A stretch of 64,000 nucleotides of DNA from Parasporobacterium sp. GTDB taxonomy: Bacteria > Bacillota > Clostridia > Lachnospirales > Lachnospiraceae. The notes beneath the pieces were generated by a model. It saw only the letters and a program-made list of their open reading frames with translations, had not been told where the DNA came from and made no database searches. Position numbers and translations under genes: made by a program. Shown here piece after piece: positions 35,688-46,172 of this stretch. Each line of letters opens with the position of its first letter. Position 1 is the first letter of the stretch. The stretch is from positions 535-64,534 of the forward strand of contig JAFUBX010000014.1 in assembly GCA_017459985.1 (NCBI GenBank). The letters run 5' to 3'.

Positions 35688-36392
35688 ATGATGAACTATC
35701 AGTTTGACATATTACGAAGAGAACATGCAGATGCGGAGCCATGGCATCAGATCATTGCGTTTGAGACGGAAGATGCAAACGAGACGGTCGCCACTGCACT
35801 TCAGAAGATCGGAACCGGCCATTCTCGGGATGTCGCGGGAAGAGAAGTGGCTCCGATTGCCTGGGAGGCAGGCTGCCTGCAGAAAAAATGCGGAGCCTGC
35901 GCCATGCTGATCAACGGCCTGCCCAGGCTTGCCTGCGACACCTTCCTGAGGCAGCTGAAGAGTAAAAAAATCACTCTCGCTCCCCTCCGGAAATTCCCGG
36001 TGATCCGGGATCTGGTCACAGACCGTTCGGTCATGTTTGAAAATCTGAAAACCCTTGAAGTGTGGAGCGAAACCACCTCTCCGGTAAAGGAGAAGGATCT
36101 TGACCGGGCCTATGACGCCTCCCGGTGTCTTCAGTGCGGATGCTGTCTGGAGGCCTGTCCGAACTTCGAGCCGGGCGGATCCTTCTTCAGCGCAGCCGGA
36201 TTTGCGCCGCAGGCCCGCCTTCTTACTTCCTGCGCTTCTTCCATGCAGGATAACATCAGAAAATTATATCAGCTCCATATCTATGATGGCTGCGGGAAAG
36301 CCCTGGCCTGCGAGAAAGTCTGTCCGGCCGGAATCAATCTGGACCGGCTGCTCAGCCGCTCCAATGCGGTGAAGATCTGGCACCGGAAGTGA
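35688..36392 (+). CDS. Succinate dehydrogenase/fumarate reductase-family iron-sulfur subunit
   Basis: Three cluster motifs: C-x4-C-x2-C-x11-C (CLQKKCGACAMLINGLPRLAC), CLQCGCCLEACP, CGKALACEKVCP. Confidence 0.85.
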   Translation: MMNYQFDILRREHADAEPWHQIIAFETEDANETVATALQKIGTGHSRDVAGREVAPIAWEAGCLQKKCGACAMLINGLPRLACDTFLRQLKSKKITLAPLRKFPVIRDLVTDRSVMFENLKTLEVWSETTSPVKEKDLDRAYDASRCLQCGCCLEACPNFEPGGSFFSAAGFAPQARLLTSCASSMQDNIRKLYQLHIYDGCGKALACEKVCPAGINLDRLLSRSNAVKIWHRK

Positions 36393-36432
36393 AATCACTG
36401 CCGGTAATCTCATATATTCCAAATGCATCATT

Positions 36433-36490
36433 CGGAAGGTAAATTCTGAAAAAGCCTGGAACCTACATACTATACCTTCCATTTTCCGGG
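36433..36490. repeat. Left arm of a ~58-bp imperfect inverted repeat
   Basis: The reverse complement of 36433-36490 matches 37097-37153 at roughly 52 of 58 positions (hand alignment). The arm itself contains GGAAGGTA...TACCTTCC. Confidence 0.6.
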
Positions 36491-36539
36491 TCTTCTGTAC
36501 CTTGGGTGGGTACCTTTCTGATGTCGAATGTGCCGTAAA

Positions 36540-37012
36540 GTCTATGCCGCCGTTGCCTTCATTCATACTTGCTTCCATCCTGCCATTTGGGCCATCCAGG
36601 AAATAATTGCCATTCACTATCCCTGCCATTTTTGCGAAAACAGGGATAAGACTTTCCAATAATTTCATATATAGTCCAGTTCAGGCTCTCTCAGGACCTT
36701 CATTTTGGACCATATTTTGAAAAATCGTCACCTCATATCCCTGTTTTCAAAATCGAAACAGGGATATGATTTATCAATAATTTCAAATCTGGTCCAGTCC
36801 GGGCCCTCTTCTACCTCGCAATTCGGACTGTATATAAAAAACTGCCAATTACTATCCCTGTTTTCCGGATCAGCGCAGGGATAGTAATTGGCAATTATTT
36901 CGCTGATCACCCAAAGACCAACAGATAAGAACAGCTTTCTCCGCAACTTGCGGCTCTCAGAAAATAACGGATAATAAGCCATTAGCGAACAGCTCAAGTT
37001 GTACTCACTCAA
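36540..37012 (-). pseudogene. Decayed repeat-protein gene (about 39-aa units) interrupted by stops and a frameshift
   Basis: Minus-strand units read ...YYPCADPENRDSNWQFFIYSPNCEVEEGPDWTRFEIIDK / SYPCFDFENRDMR* / (shifted frame) SYPCFRKNGRDSEWQLF.... One TGG->TGA change sits at the conserved Trp position. Confidence 0.35.
36618..36891. repeat. Three hairpin-containing tandem units with a 117-118 bp period
   Basis: Core TATCCCTG...CAGGGATA at 36618-36625/36641-36648, 36735-36746/36756-36767 (12-bp stem) and 36845-36860/36876-36891 (16-bp stem). Confidence 0.65.
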
Positions 37013-37032
37013 GGTTCACTTCAGTAGATGGC

Positions 37033-37153
37033 GGAAGGCCTGGTATGGAGTTTACAGGCTTTCTTAGAATTTACCTTCCGGATTTCCGGTGATTTGCCCG
37101 GAAAACGGTAGGTATAGTATGGAGGTTCCAGGATTTTTCTGAATTTACCTTCC
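37033..37153. repeat. Right arm of the inverted repeat, present as two tandem degenerate copies
   Basis: About 37033-37080 and 37097-37153 share ...GGTATGGAG.TT.CAGG.TTT.T..GAATTTACCTTCC. Confidence 0.55.
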
Positions 37154-37237
37154 ACTGTCTGCGGAAATAACTTTCAAAACCGGAAAAATGAGCTGATACA
37201 ATTCAGAAAACAGAGGCTACAGCGGAAAGGAGGACGT

Positions 37238-37429
37238 ATGCAAATCAGTTATAAACCGGATGTAAATATAGAATTAAAGGAATTAGAGACGCCAGAAGGA
37301 TATAAACCCATTTATTATAATCAGATCCGATTTTTTTGCCGGAAAGAAAATGTAACGGTGAGATGTACCTATGGCATGGAGGTTCTGAAAAATCTTAACC
37401 TGGGACAGCTGGTCAGCATACTGGTTTGA
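37238..37429 (+). CDS. Small hypothetical protein (63 aa)
   Basis: Strong RBS GGAAAGGAGGAcgtATG. No recognisable motif. Lies in the AT-richer islet. Confidence 0.4.
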   Translation: MQISYKPDVNIELKELETPEGYKPIYYNQIRFFCRKENVTVRCTYGMEVLKNLNLGQLVSILV

Positions 37430-37504
37430 TAAAGTGTGGAAACCATTTTCAAAAAACTTAACCCCCTTTTTGTAAACTGATAAAAAAGGAAACGGAGAAA
37501 GAAC

Positions 37505-38062
37505 ATGAGTAAAAAAGATCTGATCACATTCAAACATTATCGAAACCCCATGAAAATGCAGAAGACCATGAATCAGAGGACCTGTTATGAAGCATCCATT
37601 TCCGTTGGCAGTATGTCCCTTTTACGTGTAAAAACAGGACATATTCTGACGAAGGATGATTGCATGGAAATCTATTCGGGGGCTCCGTTCAAAATCGTTG
37701 CCGATGGGATTCTCGGCCCCATATTGAATTCCGGGAAACCATTCGGGAAGCCTGATATGGTATTCCGATATTCCAACATAAAGACGATAGAAAAGGGAAC
37801 GTTTATAAAAAATAACACAATCGTCTTTACCCTGTTTGATGATACCGTCTATACCGTTGGCCTGGGGAAATACAGAGATATTATAGTGAACAGATCACTG
37901 AAATTCTGCAGAGACTGGACCTGCTGCAGGACAGGCAGCAGGTGTGAACTATTATCCATAGGAAGCCGGCAGACAGCTGCCGGTCTTCATTCGGCAAATT
38001 CAGGGGGTGGGAGCTGCTGCTTGCATCCCTTTTTTCACAATTATTTCATAGATTACAGTTGA
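37505..38062 (+). CDS. Hypothetical protein, possibly frameshifted near 37864 (alternative end at 37947)
   Basis: RBS AAAGGAAACGGAGA. The first ~120 aa look protein-like (possibly bacterial PH-like). After the GGGG run the annotated frame turns Cys/Gly-rich, whereas the +1 frame reads ...PGEIQRYYSEQITEILQRLDLLQDRQQV* and is followed by a hairpin at 37962-37988. Confidence 0.45.
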   Translation: MSKKDLITFKHYRNPMKMQKTMNQRTCYEASISVGSMSLLRVKTGHILTKDDCMEIYSGAPFKIVADGILGPILNSGKPFGKPDMVFRYSNIKTIEKGTFIKNNTIVFTLFDDTVYTVGLGKYRDIIVNRSLKFCRDWTCCRTGSRCELLSIGSRQTAAGLHSANSGGGSCCLHPFFHNYFIDYS

Positions 38063-38087
38063 CTTTGAAAAGGGCGGGTGGTAATAT
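38059..38087 (+). promoter_or_regulatory. Sigma-A promoter of the hrcA operon
   Basis: TTGACT (38059-38064), 17-nt spacer, TAATAT (38082-38087). Confidence 0.6.
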
Positions 38088-38098
38088 AACCACAGATG

Positions 38099-38125
38099 TT
38101 AGCACTCCACTAACACGAGTGCTAA
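38099..38125 (+). promoter_or_regulatory. CIRCE operator (HrcA binding site)
   Basis: Perfect TTAGCACTC-N9-GAGTGCTAA immediately downstream of the -10 box. Confidence 0.92.
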
Positions 38126-38158
38126 CAGGGAAGAGAAACAGGACGTAAGGGGCTTCTT

Positions 38159-39280
38159 ATGGAACTGGACATCAGGAAGAAGAAAATACTTCAGGCGATC
38201 ATAAAGAACTATCTGGAGACCGGGGAACCGGTGGGCTCCCGTACGATCTCCAAATATACGGATCTGGAATTAAGCGCGGCAACGATCCGGAACGAAATGG
38301 CAGATCTGGAGGAGATGGGGTATATCTTTCAGCCCCATACCTCGGCGGGAAGGATCCCGACGGACGCGGGTTACCGGCTGTATGTGGACGATATGCTGCA
38401 GTCCCGGACGGAAGAACTGAATGAAATGTCCGCGGATCTGAAAAACAGATCGGAACTTCTGGAAAGCAGATCCGAACTGCTGGAGAGAAGAGAAGAAGAA
38501 CTGGACACGGCACAAAGCAATGTGGCGGACCGGGTGGAACGGATCGAAAGCGTACTGAAGGATGTCGTGAAGATGCTGGCCAATAACACGAATTACACCT
38601 CTGTGATCAGCATGCCGCAGGCCAACAGAAACAAACTGAAGTTTGTGCAGCTCACCCAGATCGATGAGAAGAAGCTTCTCTGCACCGTGGTTCTGGAAGG
38701 CAACATTGTAAAGAATGAAATGATCCGGATTGACACGGACATGGATCAGCAGATCCTTCTGAGACTGAATCTTCTGCTGAACAATACATTGAATGGCCTG
38801 ACTCTTCAGGAGATCAATTTTGATATGGCTGCCAGGATCGCGGAACAGGCTGAGCAGTACGGACCGCTGGTATCCGATATCATTAACCATATTGCGGCGA
38901 CCATCGGTTCGGCGGACGGGATCGAGATCTTCACCAGCGGAGCAAGGAACATCTTCCGTTATCCGGAACTGTCGGACTCCATGAGGGCCGGAGAGCTGAT
39001 CTCCACTCTGGAAGAGAAGGAACTGCTGACGGAGCTGATGACAGACACCGGAGAGGAAAGTCCGGATGCAGGAACCGGGATCCAGGTTTATATCGGTCAG
39101 GAGACCTCCGTCAGCTCCATGAAGGACTGCTCCATGATCACAGCAACCTACGAGTTTGAGAAAGGGGTTTACGGAAAGATCGGAATCATCGGTCCGAAGC
39201 GGATGGATTATGAAAAGGTCGTGGACGCACTGAATGATGTGACCGACAGTCTGGACAGAAAGTTCAGCAAAAAGAGATAG
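38159..39280 (+). CDS. hrcA: Heat-inducible transcription repressor HrcA
   Basis: N-terminus ...ILQAIIKNYLETGEPVGSRTISK.... Preceded by CIRCE and followed by grpE-dnaK-dnaJ. Confidence 0.95.
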   Translation: MELDIRKKKILQAIIKNYLETGEPVGSRTISKYTDLELSAATIRNEMADLEEMGYIFQPHTSAGRIPTDAGYRLYVDDMLQSRTEELNEMSADLKNRSELLESRSELLERREEELDTAQSNVADRVERIESVLKDVVKMLANNTNYTSVISMPQANRNKLKFVQLTQIDEKKLLCTVVLEGNIVKNEMIRIDTDMDQQILLRLNLLLNNTLNGLTLQEINFDMAARIAEQAEQYGPLVSDIINHIAATIGSADGIEIFTSGARNIFRYPELSDSMRAGELISTLEEKELLTELMTDTGEESPDAGTGIQVYIGQETSVSSMKDCSMITATYEFEKGVYGKIGIIGPKRMDYEKVVDALNDVTDSLDRKFSKKR

Positions 39281-39292
39281 AAAGGCAGGTGC

Positions 39293-40057
39293 ATGAACTT
39301 GTCAAGGAAGAAACGGAAAAACACTCGTGTGCAGGAAACTGCAGAACAGAAAGAAGAACGTATGACAGAGCAGGAAGAAAAGAAAGAAACGCAGATGCCG
39401 GAAACGGATCCGGAGACGATGACAGCGAACAGCGCACAGGCAGAGGATGCCACTGAAGCCGAAGACATGACAGAGAAGGACGCAGGACAGGCAAAGGCGC
39501 AGGGATCACCGGAAAATGCTCCGGAAGCGGAAGAAGCGGAAGGAAATGGAGAACCGGATTCCGAAAGCCCGGAAGAGCAGCCCGCGAAAAAGGAACGGAA
39601 GCTGAAATGGGCGAAACCGGATCCCCTGGAGGAGAAGATCAAAGAGGCGAATGACAAATATGCGAGATTATTTGCCGAATTTGATAATTTCCGCAAGAGG
39701 ACGGAGAAGGAAAAGAGCCAGAGATATGATTTCGGCGTCCGGGATATTGTGGAGAAGATCCTTCCCGTGATCGACAATTTCGAGCGGGGGCTGGCCGCGG
39801 TACCGGAGGAGAAGGCAGAGGATTCCTTTGTAACCGGCATGCAGATGACCTACAAGCAGCTGATGAAGACCCTGGAGGATGCGGGCGTGAAGCCCATCGA
39901 AGCAGTGGGACAGGAGTTCAACCCCGATTTCCACAATGCGGTTATGCATGTGGAGGATCCGGAAGCCGGTACCAACATCATCGTGGAGGAATTCCAGAAA
40001 GGATACATCTACAAGGATCACGTGGTACGGTACAGCATGGTAAAGGTAGCTAATTAA
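39293..40057 (+). CDS. grpE: Nucleotide exchange factor GrpE (with a long acidic N-terminal extension)
   Basis: C-terminal core ...FAEFDNFRKRTEKE...ILPVIDNFERG...FNPDFHNAVMHVE.... Confidence 0.95.
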   Translation: MNLSRKKRKNTRVQETAEQKEERMTEQEEKKETQMPETDPETMTANSAQAEDATEAEDMTEKDAGQAKAQGSPENAPEAEEAEGNGEPDSESPEEQPAKKERKLKWAKPDPLEEKIKEANDKYARLFAEFDNFRKRTEKEKSQRYDFGVRDIVEKILPVIDNFERGLAAVPEEKAEDSFVTGMQMTYKQLMKTLEDAGVKPIEAVGQEFNPDFHNAVMHVEDPEAGTNIIVEEFQKGYIYKDHVVRYSMVKVAN

Positions 40058-40099
40058 GACAGGCGCGGGACCTGCCGAAGGCAAGGTCCGGACCTTTGA

Positions 40100-42025
<1,926 letters not shown>

Positions 42026-42139
42026 TCTGCAAAGGAGCTAAGCTCACTGAATATTCGGATATATAAGGTGCTTTTGCGGAACCCGTTCTGCTCGGACAGT
42101 TCTCAAAAGCACCTGTCCGTATGATAAAGAGGAAATAAT

Positions 42140-43267
42140 ATGGCTGATAAAAGAGATTATTATGAGGTTCTTGGAATATCCAAGACGGCAACTCAGGATG
42201 AGATCAAAAAGGCATATCGGCAAATGGCGAAGAAATATCATCCGGACGCCAATCCGGGCGATAAGGAAGCGGAGACCAAGTTCAAGGAAGCAGCGGAAGC
42301 TTACGGAATCCTGAGCGATCCCGAAAAGAAGAAGCTGTACGATCAGTATGGCCACGCCGCATTTGAAGCCGGAGGTGCCGGAGCCGGCGGATATAATTAC
42401 CAGAATATGAATATGAACGACATATTCAGCAATTTCGGTGATATATTCGAAGATCTGTTCGGAGGCGGATTTGGCGGATTCGGAGGCGGATTCGGAAGCC
42501 GGGGCAGAAGAAGCTACAGCGGGCCTCAGCAGGGGGCCAGCCTCAGAGCCCGGATCCGGATCTCTTTTGAAGAGGCTGTATTTGGATGTACAAAACCGAT
42601 CGAGATTAATTATAAGGAAGAATGTGAGTCCTGCCACGGCAGCGGAGCCAAGGCCGGGACATCGCCGGAAAAATGTACCAAATGCAACGGAACCGGTCAG
42701 GTGACCGTGACCAGACAGTCCCTGTTCGGGATGATGCGGTCCACGGAGGTTTGTCCGGACTGCCAGGGCCGGGGAGAGATCATCAAGGAGAAATGCCCGG
42801 ACTGCAAAGGAAACGGTTATAAACAGACGAAGAAAAAGATCGATGTCAAGATCCCCGCAGGAATCGACGCCGGTCAGAGCATCCGGATCGCCGGAATGGG
42901 AGAACCGGGAGTGAAGGGCGGCAGCCGGGGAGACCTGCTGGTGGAGGTCGTAGTCACCGGACACAGTGAGTTTCAGCGGGATGGCGTGAATCTGTATTCC
43001 GAGATGGATATCACATTTCCGGAGGCAGCTCTGGGCGGACAGATTAAGGTGCACACCATTGACGGAGATGTCCTGTTCCCGATTAAGGCAGGAACCCAGA
43101 CCGGAACCACGATCCGCCTGAAGGGCAAAGGAGTCCCGTATCTGCGGGACAGCAATAAGCGCGGTGACCAGTACACGATCCTGAATATCGTGGTCCCGAA
43201 ATCCATGAACGGAAAACAGAAGAAAGCCCTGGAAGAATTCAATGAGATCATGTATAAAAAGAAATAA
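42140..43267 (+). CDS. dnaJ: Molecular chaperone DnaJ
   Basis: J domain with HPD ([11 protein letters not shown]), G/F region, four CxxCxGxG zinc-finger repeats. Confidence 0.97.
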   Translation: MADKRDYYEVLGISKTATQDEIKKAYRQMAKKYHPDANPGDKEAETKFKEAAEAYGILSDPEKKKLYDQYGHAAFEAGGAGAGGYNYQNMNMNDIFSNFGDIFEDLFGGGFGGFGGGFGSRGRRSYSGPQQGASLRARIRISFEEAVFGCTKPIEINYKEECESCHGSGAKAGTSPEKCTKCNGTGQVTVTRQSLFGMMRSTEVCPDCQGRGEIIKEKCPDCKGNGYKQTKKKIDVKIPAGIDAGQSIRIAGMGEPGVKGGSRGDLLVEVVVTGHSEFQRDGVNLYSEMDITFPEAALGGQIKVHTIDGDVLFPIKAGTQTGTTIRLKGKGVPYLRDSNKRGDQYTILNIVVPKSMNGKQKKALEEFNEIMYKKK

Positions 43268-43297
43268 AGCGGCGCTGCCGCACAGGCGTGGTTTTCA

Positions 43298-43326
43298 TTG
43301 ACAAACAGATTGGGGAATCGTATAGT
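43298..43326 (+). promoter_or_regulatory. Sigma-A promoter of the SGNH/DUF4358/MBOAT/DHHW cluster
   Basis: TTGACA (43298-43303), 17-nt spacer, TATAGT (43321-43326). The leader contains a 9-bp stem (43347-43355 / 43374-43382). Confidence 0.5.
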
Positions 43327-43388
43327 TAATAACGGTTATCAGATGATCAGAACCTTGAGAGTCGATTCAACACAGGTTCTGATTATTT

Positions 43389-44204
43389 ATGAAATGGGAA
43401 TCATTCAGAATGAGACAGCGCAATTCCGGAAATCCGTTTTTTACAATCCTGATAATGCTTGCATCGGTCGTTATGATCGTCGTAGGCATTATTGTTTTTA
43501 TTCCCTTTTCCCAAAGGACCGGCAGCACGCAGCAGACTGCGCAGGGGATTGCCTCTGTCCGGGATATGGAGGCAAGGGATATCTCCGCCGTGGACTCAGA
43601 ACTTCGGAAGCAGATGGCATCGGAAGAAACGCAGGACATGGATCTGTGGGAGAAGCTGAATTTCTATGATACCTATATTTTCGGGGATTCCCGTTGTGAA
43701 CCGTTTTTCTGGAGCGGACTGCAGGTGGAACATGTCTTTGCGGAGAAAAGCGCGACGGTCAAATACGTCGGCGAGCATATCGATGAGATCGCCGCAGCCC
43801 GTCCGGGGAATCTGGTGCTGTCCTTCGGCATGAATGACATGGGAATGTATGCCTATGACCCGGCCAATTACTGGGAAACCGGGGATGATTATGTTGTGGC
43901 GGTGGATGAATATATCCGGATGATCCATGAAGTGTCGCCGGATACCAATGTGTATGTCAATTCCATTATTCCTGTTCTTGATTTCGCGCTGGACAGCCAG
44001 CCGAGATGGGCGGCCGTGGATGAGTGGAATGCGGCATTGAAAGCATACTGTGATGAGAGCGGCAATGGGTATATTGATACCACATTTATTGCATACGACT
44101 ATGCGGATCTGTTCGATGACGACGGGGTTCATTTCTATTCCCAGACGATCCTGGATGAGTGGGGAGAAGCGATCTTAAAAGCCGTGGAAGCGAAACTTTA
44201 TTGA
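43389..44204 (+). CDS. Membrane-anchored SGNH/GDSL-family hydrolase/acyltransferase
   Basis: N-terminal TM. Block I IFGDSR, block III GMNDMG, block V DDDGVHF. Start uncertain (43389 or 43407). Confidence 0.7.
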   Translation: MKWESFRMRQRNSGNPFFTILIMLASVVMIVVGIIVFIPFSQRTGSTQQTAQGIASVRDMEARDISAVDSELRKQMASEETQDMDLWEKLNFYDTYIFGDSRCEPFFWSGLQVEHVFAEKSATVKYVGEHIDEIAAARPGNLVLSFGMNDMGMYAYDPANYWETGDDYVVAVDEYIRMIHEVSPDTNVYVNSIIPVLDFALDSQPRWAAVDEWNAALKAYCDESGNGYIDTTFIAYDYADLFDDDGVHFYSQTILDEWGEAILKAVEAKLY

Positions 44205-44208
44205 CCGG

Positions 44209-44736
44209 ATGAAAGGGCAGGAGATACCAATGGCGGGAGTCACAAAATCACAGCTCAATCTGAAAATTAATATTTACCGGATCATCCGGTACGGACTGAT
44301 CGCCCTGCTGGTTGTGATCGTGATCATCATGCTGTCCGGAAAGAAGGAGAGTTCCGCATCCTTTGAGAGTGTATCCGCCGCTGTGTCGGGCAGTATCACG
44401 ACCCAGAAGGCGGTGCTGAATTCGGACCGGTATCTGAAGAAATATTTCGGTCTGAATGCGGAGGAGTATGACGGAGTACTGATCTATACTCCTGCCACCA
44501 ATATGTACGCCAACGAAGTGCTCCTGATCAAACTGAAGGACCGATCCCAGGCTGATGCAGCTGCCGCCGCAATCGAGGAGCGGATCGAATCCCAGAGAAC
44601 GATTTTTTCGGGTTATGCGCCGGATGCTGTCGGCCTTCTGGAGAATGCCGTTCTGGACGTACAGGGCAATTACATTTTATATATTACCGATGATCAGGCC
44701 GACAGGGTCGACGAGGTGTTCAGGAACAGCTTATGA
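44209..44736 (+). CDS. DUF4358-like membrane-anchored protein
   Basis: N-terminal TM. The pattern LKKYFGLNAEEYDGVLIYTP...NEVLLIKLKD...IFSGYAPD matches DUF4358 as I remember it. Overlaps the MBOAT start. Confidence 0.55.
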   Translation: MKGQEIPMAGVTKSQLNLKINIYRIIRYGLIALLVVIVIIMLSGKKESSASFESVSAAVSGSITTQKAVLNSDRYLKKYFGLNAEEYDGVLIYTPATNMYANEVLLIKLKDRSQADAAAAAIEERIESQRTIFSGYAPDAVGLLENAVLDVQGNYILYITDDQADRVDEVFRNSL

Positions 44737-46145
44737 TATTCAGCAGCCTTTTCTTTATCTTCATATTTCTTCCGGTCACGCTTCTGCTTTACTATCTCGT
44801 TCCGTGGAAGCTGAAGAATTTCGTTCTGCTGATCATGAGCCTGATCTTTTATGCCTGGGGCGAGCCGGTGTATATCCTGCTTATGATGTTTTCCATCGTA
44901 TTCAATTATGTGTCGGCGCTGCAGATGGACGCATACGGGAAGGCGCGGAGAAAACGGGAACGCAGGACCAGCTTTGTGGTCACCATTGTGGTGAACATCG
45001 CCATGCTGGGAGTTTTCAAATACTACGGATTCTTCGTGAATAATCTGAACTCTCTGTTCGGTTCTTCCCTGAAGGCCGCAAATATCGCGCTTCCCATCGG
45101 GATCTCCTTTTATACCTTTCAGGCCATGTCCTATATCATTGATGTCTACTGGGGAAATGTCGCGGTTCAGAGAAACCTCATTGATTTCGGGGCTTATATT
45201 ACCATGTTCCCGCAGCTGATTGCGGGGCCGATCGTCCGGTATAAGGACATTGCCAGACAGCTGAAGCACAGAACTCTCAGCTTCGCAGGCATTTCCGACG
45301 GTGTTTCCTGGTTTATCCGGGGATTGGCCAAAAAGGTGCTGCTGGCCAATAATATCGGAATGCTGTATGACTCCGTATTTGCCATCGCTTCCGCTGACCG
45401 GGCGGCGCTGACGACCTGGCTGGGGATCATCGCCTACACCTTCCAGATCTATTTTGATTTTTCCGGATACTCCGATATGGCCATCGGACTGGGAAAGATG
45501 CTGGGATTTGAGTTCGTAAAGAACTTTGATTATCCCTATACTTCCCGCAGTGCTACGGAGTTCTGGCGGAGATGGCATATTTCTCTGGGAACCTGGTTCC
45601 GGGAGTATGTCTATATTCCCCTCGGGGGCAACCGGGTCGGTGTTCCGAAGCATATCTTTAATATTCTGGTGGTCTGGCTGCTGACGGGGCTTTGGCACGG
45701 AGCTTCCTGGGCCTTTGTCCTGTGGGGATTATTCTGGGCAGTTCTTCTGCTGCTGGAAAAATATATCTACGGAAGATTCCTGGAAAAAGCCCCTTCTGTG
45801 ATCGGGCATCTCTATACGATCTTCGCGTTTATTTTCGGATGGCTGATCTTTACTTCTTCTTCTGTAAAGGGATTCAGTAATGATCTGTCCTCCATGTTCG
45901 GCGGTCTGCAGAATGGATTTGCAGATGCCACCACCTGGTATTTCTTTACAAGTAATCTGATCCTGCTGATTCTGTGCGGATTCTGCAGTACGCCGGCGGT
46001 GTGGCGGGTATTCCGGAACAATGCCAGGAGCAGACATCCGGCTCTCCGGATCCTGTCTGCCCTGAGTTACCTTGTGATCCTGGCGGCCTGTATCGCCAGC
46101 CTTGTAAATGCCAGCTATAATCCGTTCCTGTATTTCAGATTCTGA
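44733..46145 (+). CDS. MBOAT-family membrane O-acyltransferase (AlgI/DltB/PatA-like)
   Basis: 470 aa with FYTFQAMSYIIDVY, SATEFWRRWHISLGTWFREYVYIPLGGNR and LWHGASW motifs. Confidence 0.9.
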   Translation: MIFSSLFFIFIFLPVTLLLYYLVPWKLKNFVLLIMSLIFYAWGEPVYILLMMFSIVFNYVSALQMDAYGKARRKRERRTSFVVTIVVNIAMLGVFKYYGFFVNNLNSLFGSSLKAANIALPIGISFYTFQAMSYIIDVYWGNVAVQRNLIDFGAYITMFPQLIAGPIVRYKDIARQLKHRTLSFAGISDGVSWFIRGLAKKVLLANNIGMLYDSVFAIASADRAALTTWLGIIAYTFQIYFDFSGYSDMAIGLGKMLGFEFVKNFDYPYTSRSATEFWRRWHISLGTWFREYVYIPLGGNRVGVPKHIFNILVVWLLTGLWHGASWAFVLWGLFWAVLLLLEKYIYGRFLEKAPSVIGHLYTIFAFIFGWLIFTSSSVKGFSNDLSSMFGGLQNGFADATTWYFFTSNLILLILCGFCSTPAVWRVFRNNARSRHPALRILSALSYLVILAACIASLVNASYNPFLYFRF

Positions 46146-46172
46146 CAGACCGGGAAGAAGGACAATTGATTC

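Noticed and set aside
36618-36891. Regularly spaced palindromic repeats considered as a CRISPR array.
   Set aside because: There are only three units, the repeats are not identical, the period is ~117 bp rather than ~60-75 bp, the sequences between hairpins are themselves homologous to each other, and no cas genes are present in the window.
42060-42120. Alternative hairpins (AGGTGCTTTTG...CAAAAGCACCT and CGGACAG...CTGTCCG) between dnaK and dnaJ, considered as an attenuator.
   Set aside because: The loops are long and there is no U-run. It could be a processing or stability element, but the evidence is insufficient for a feature call.
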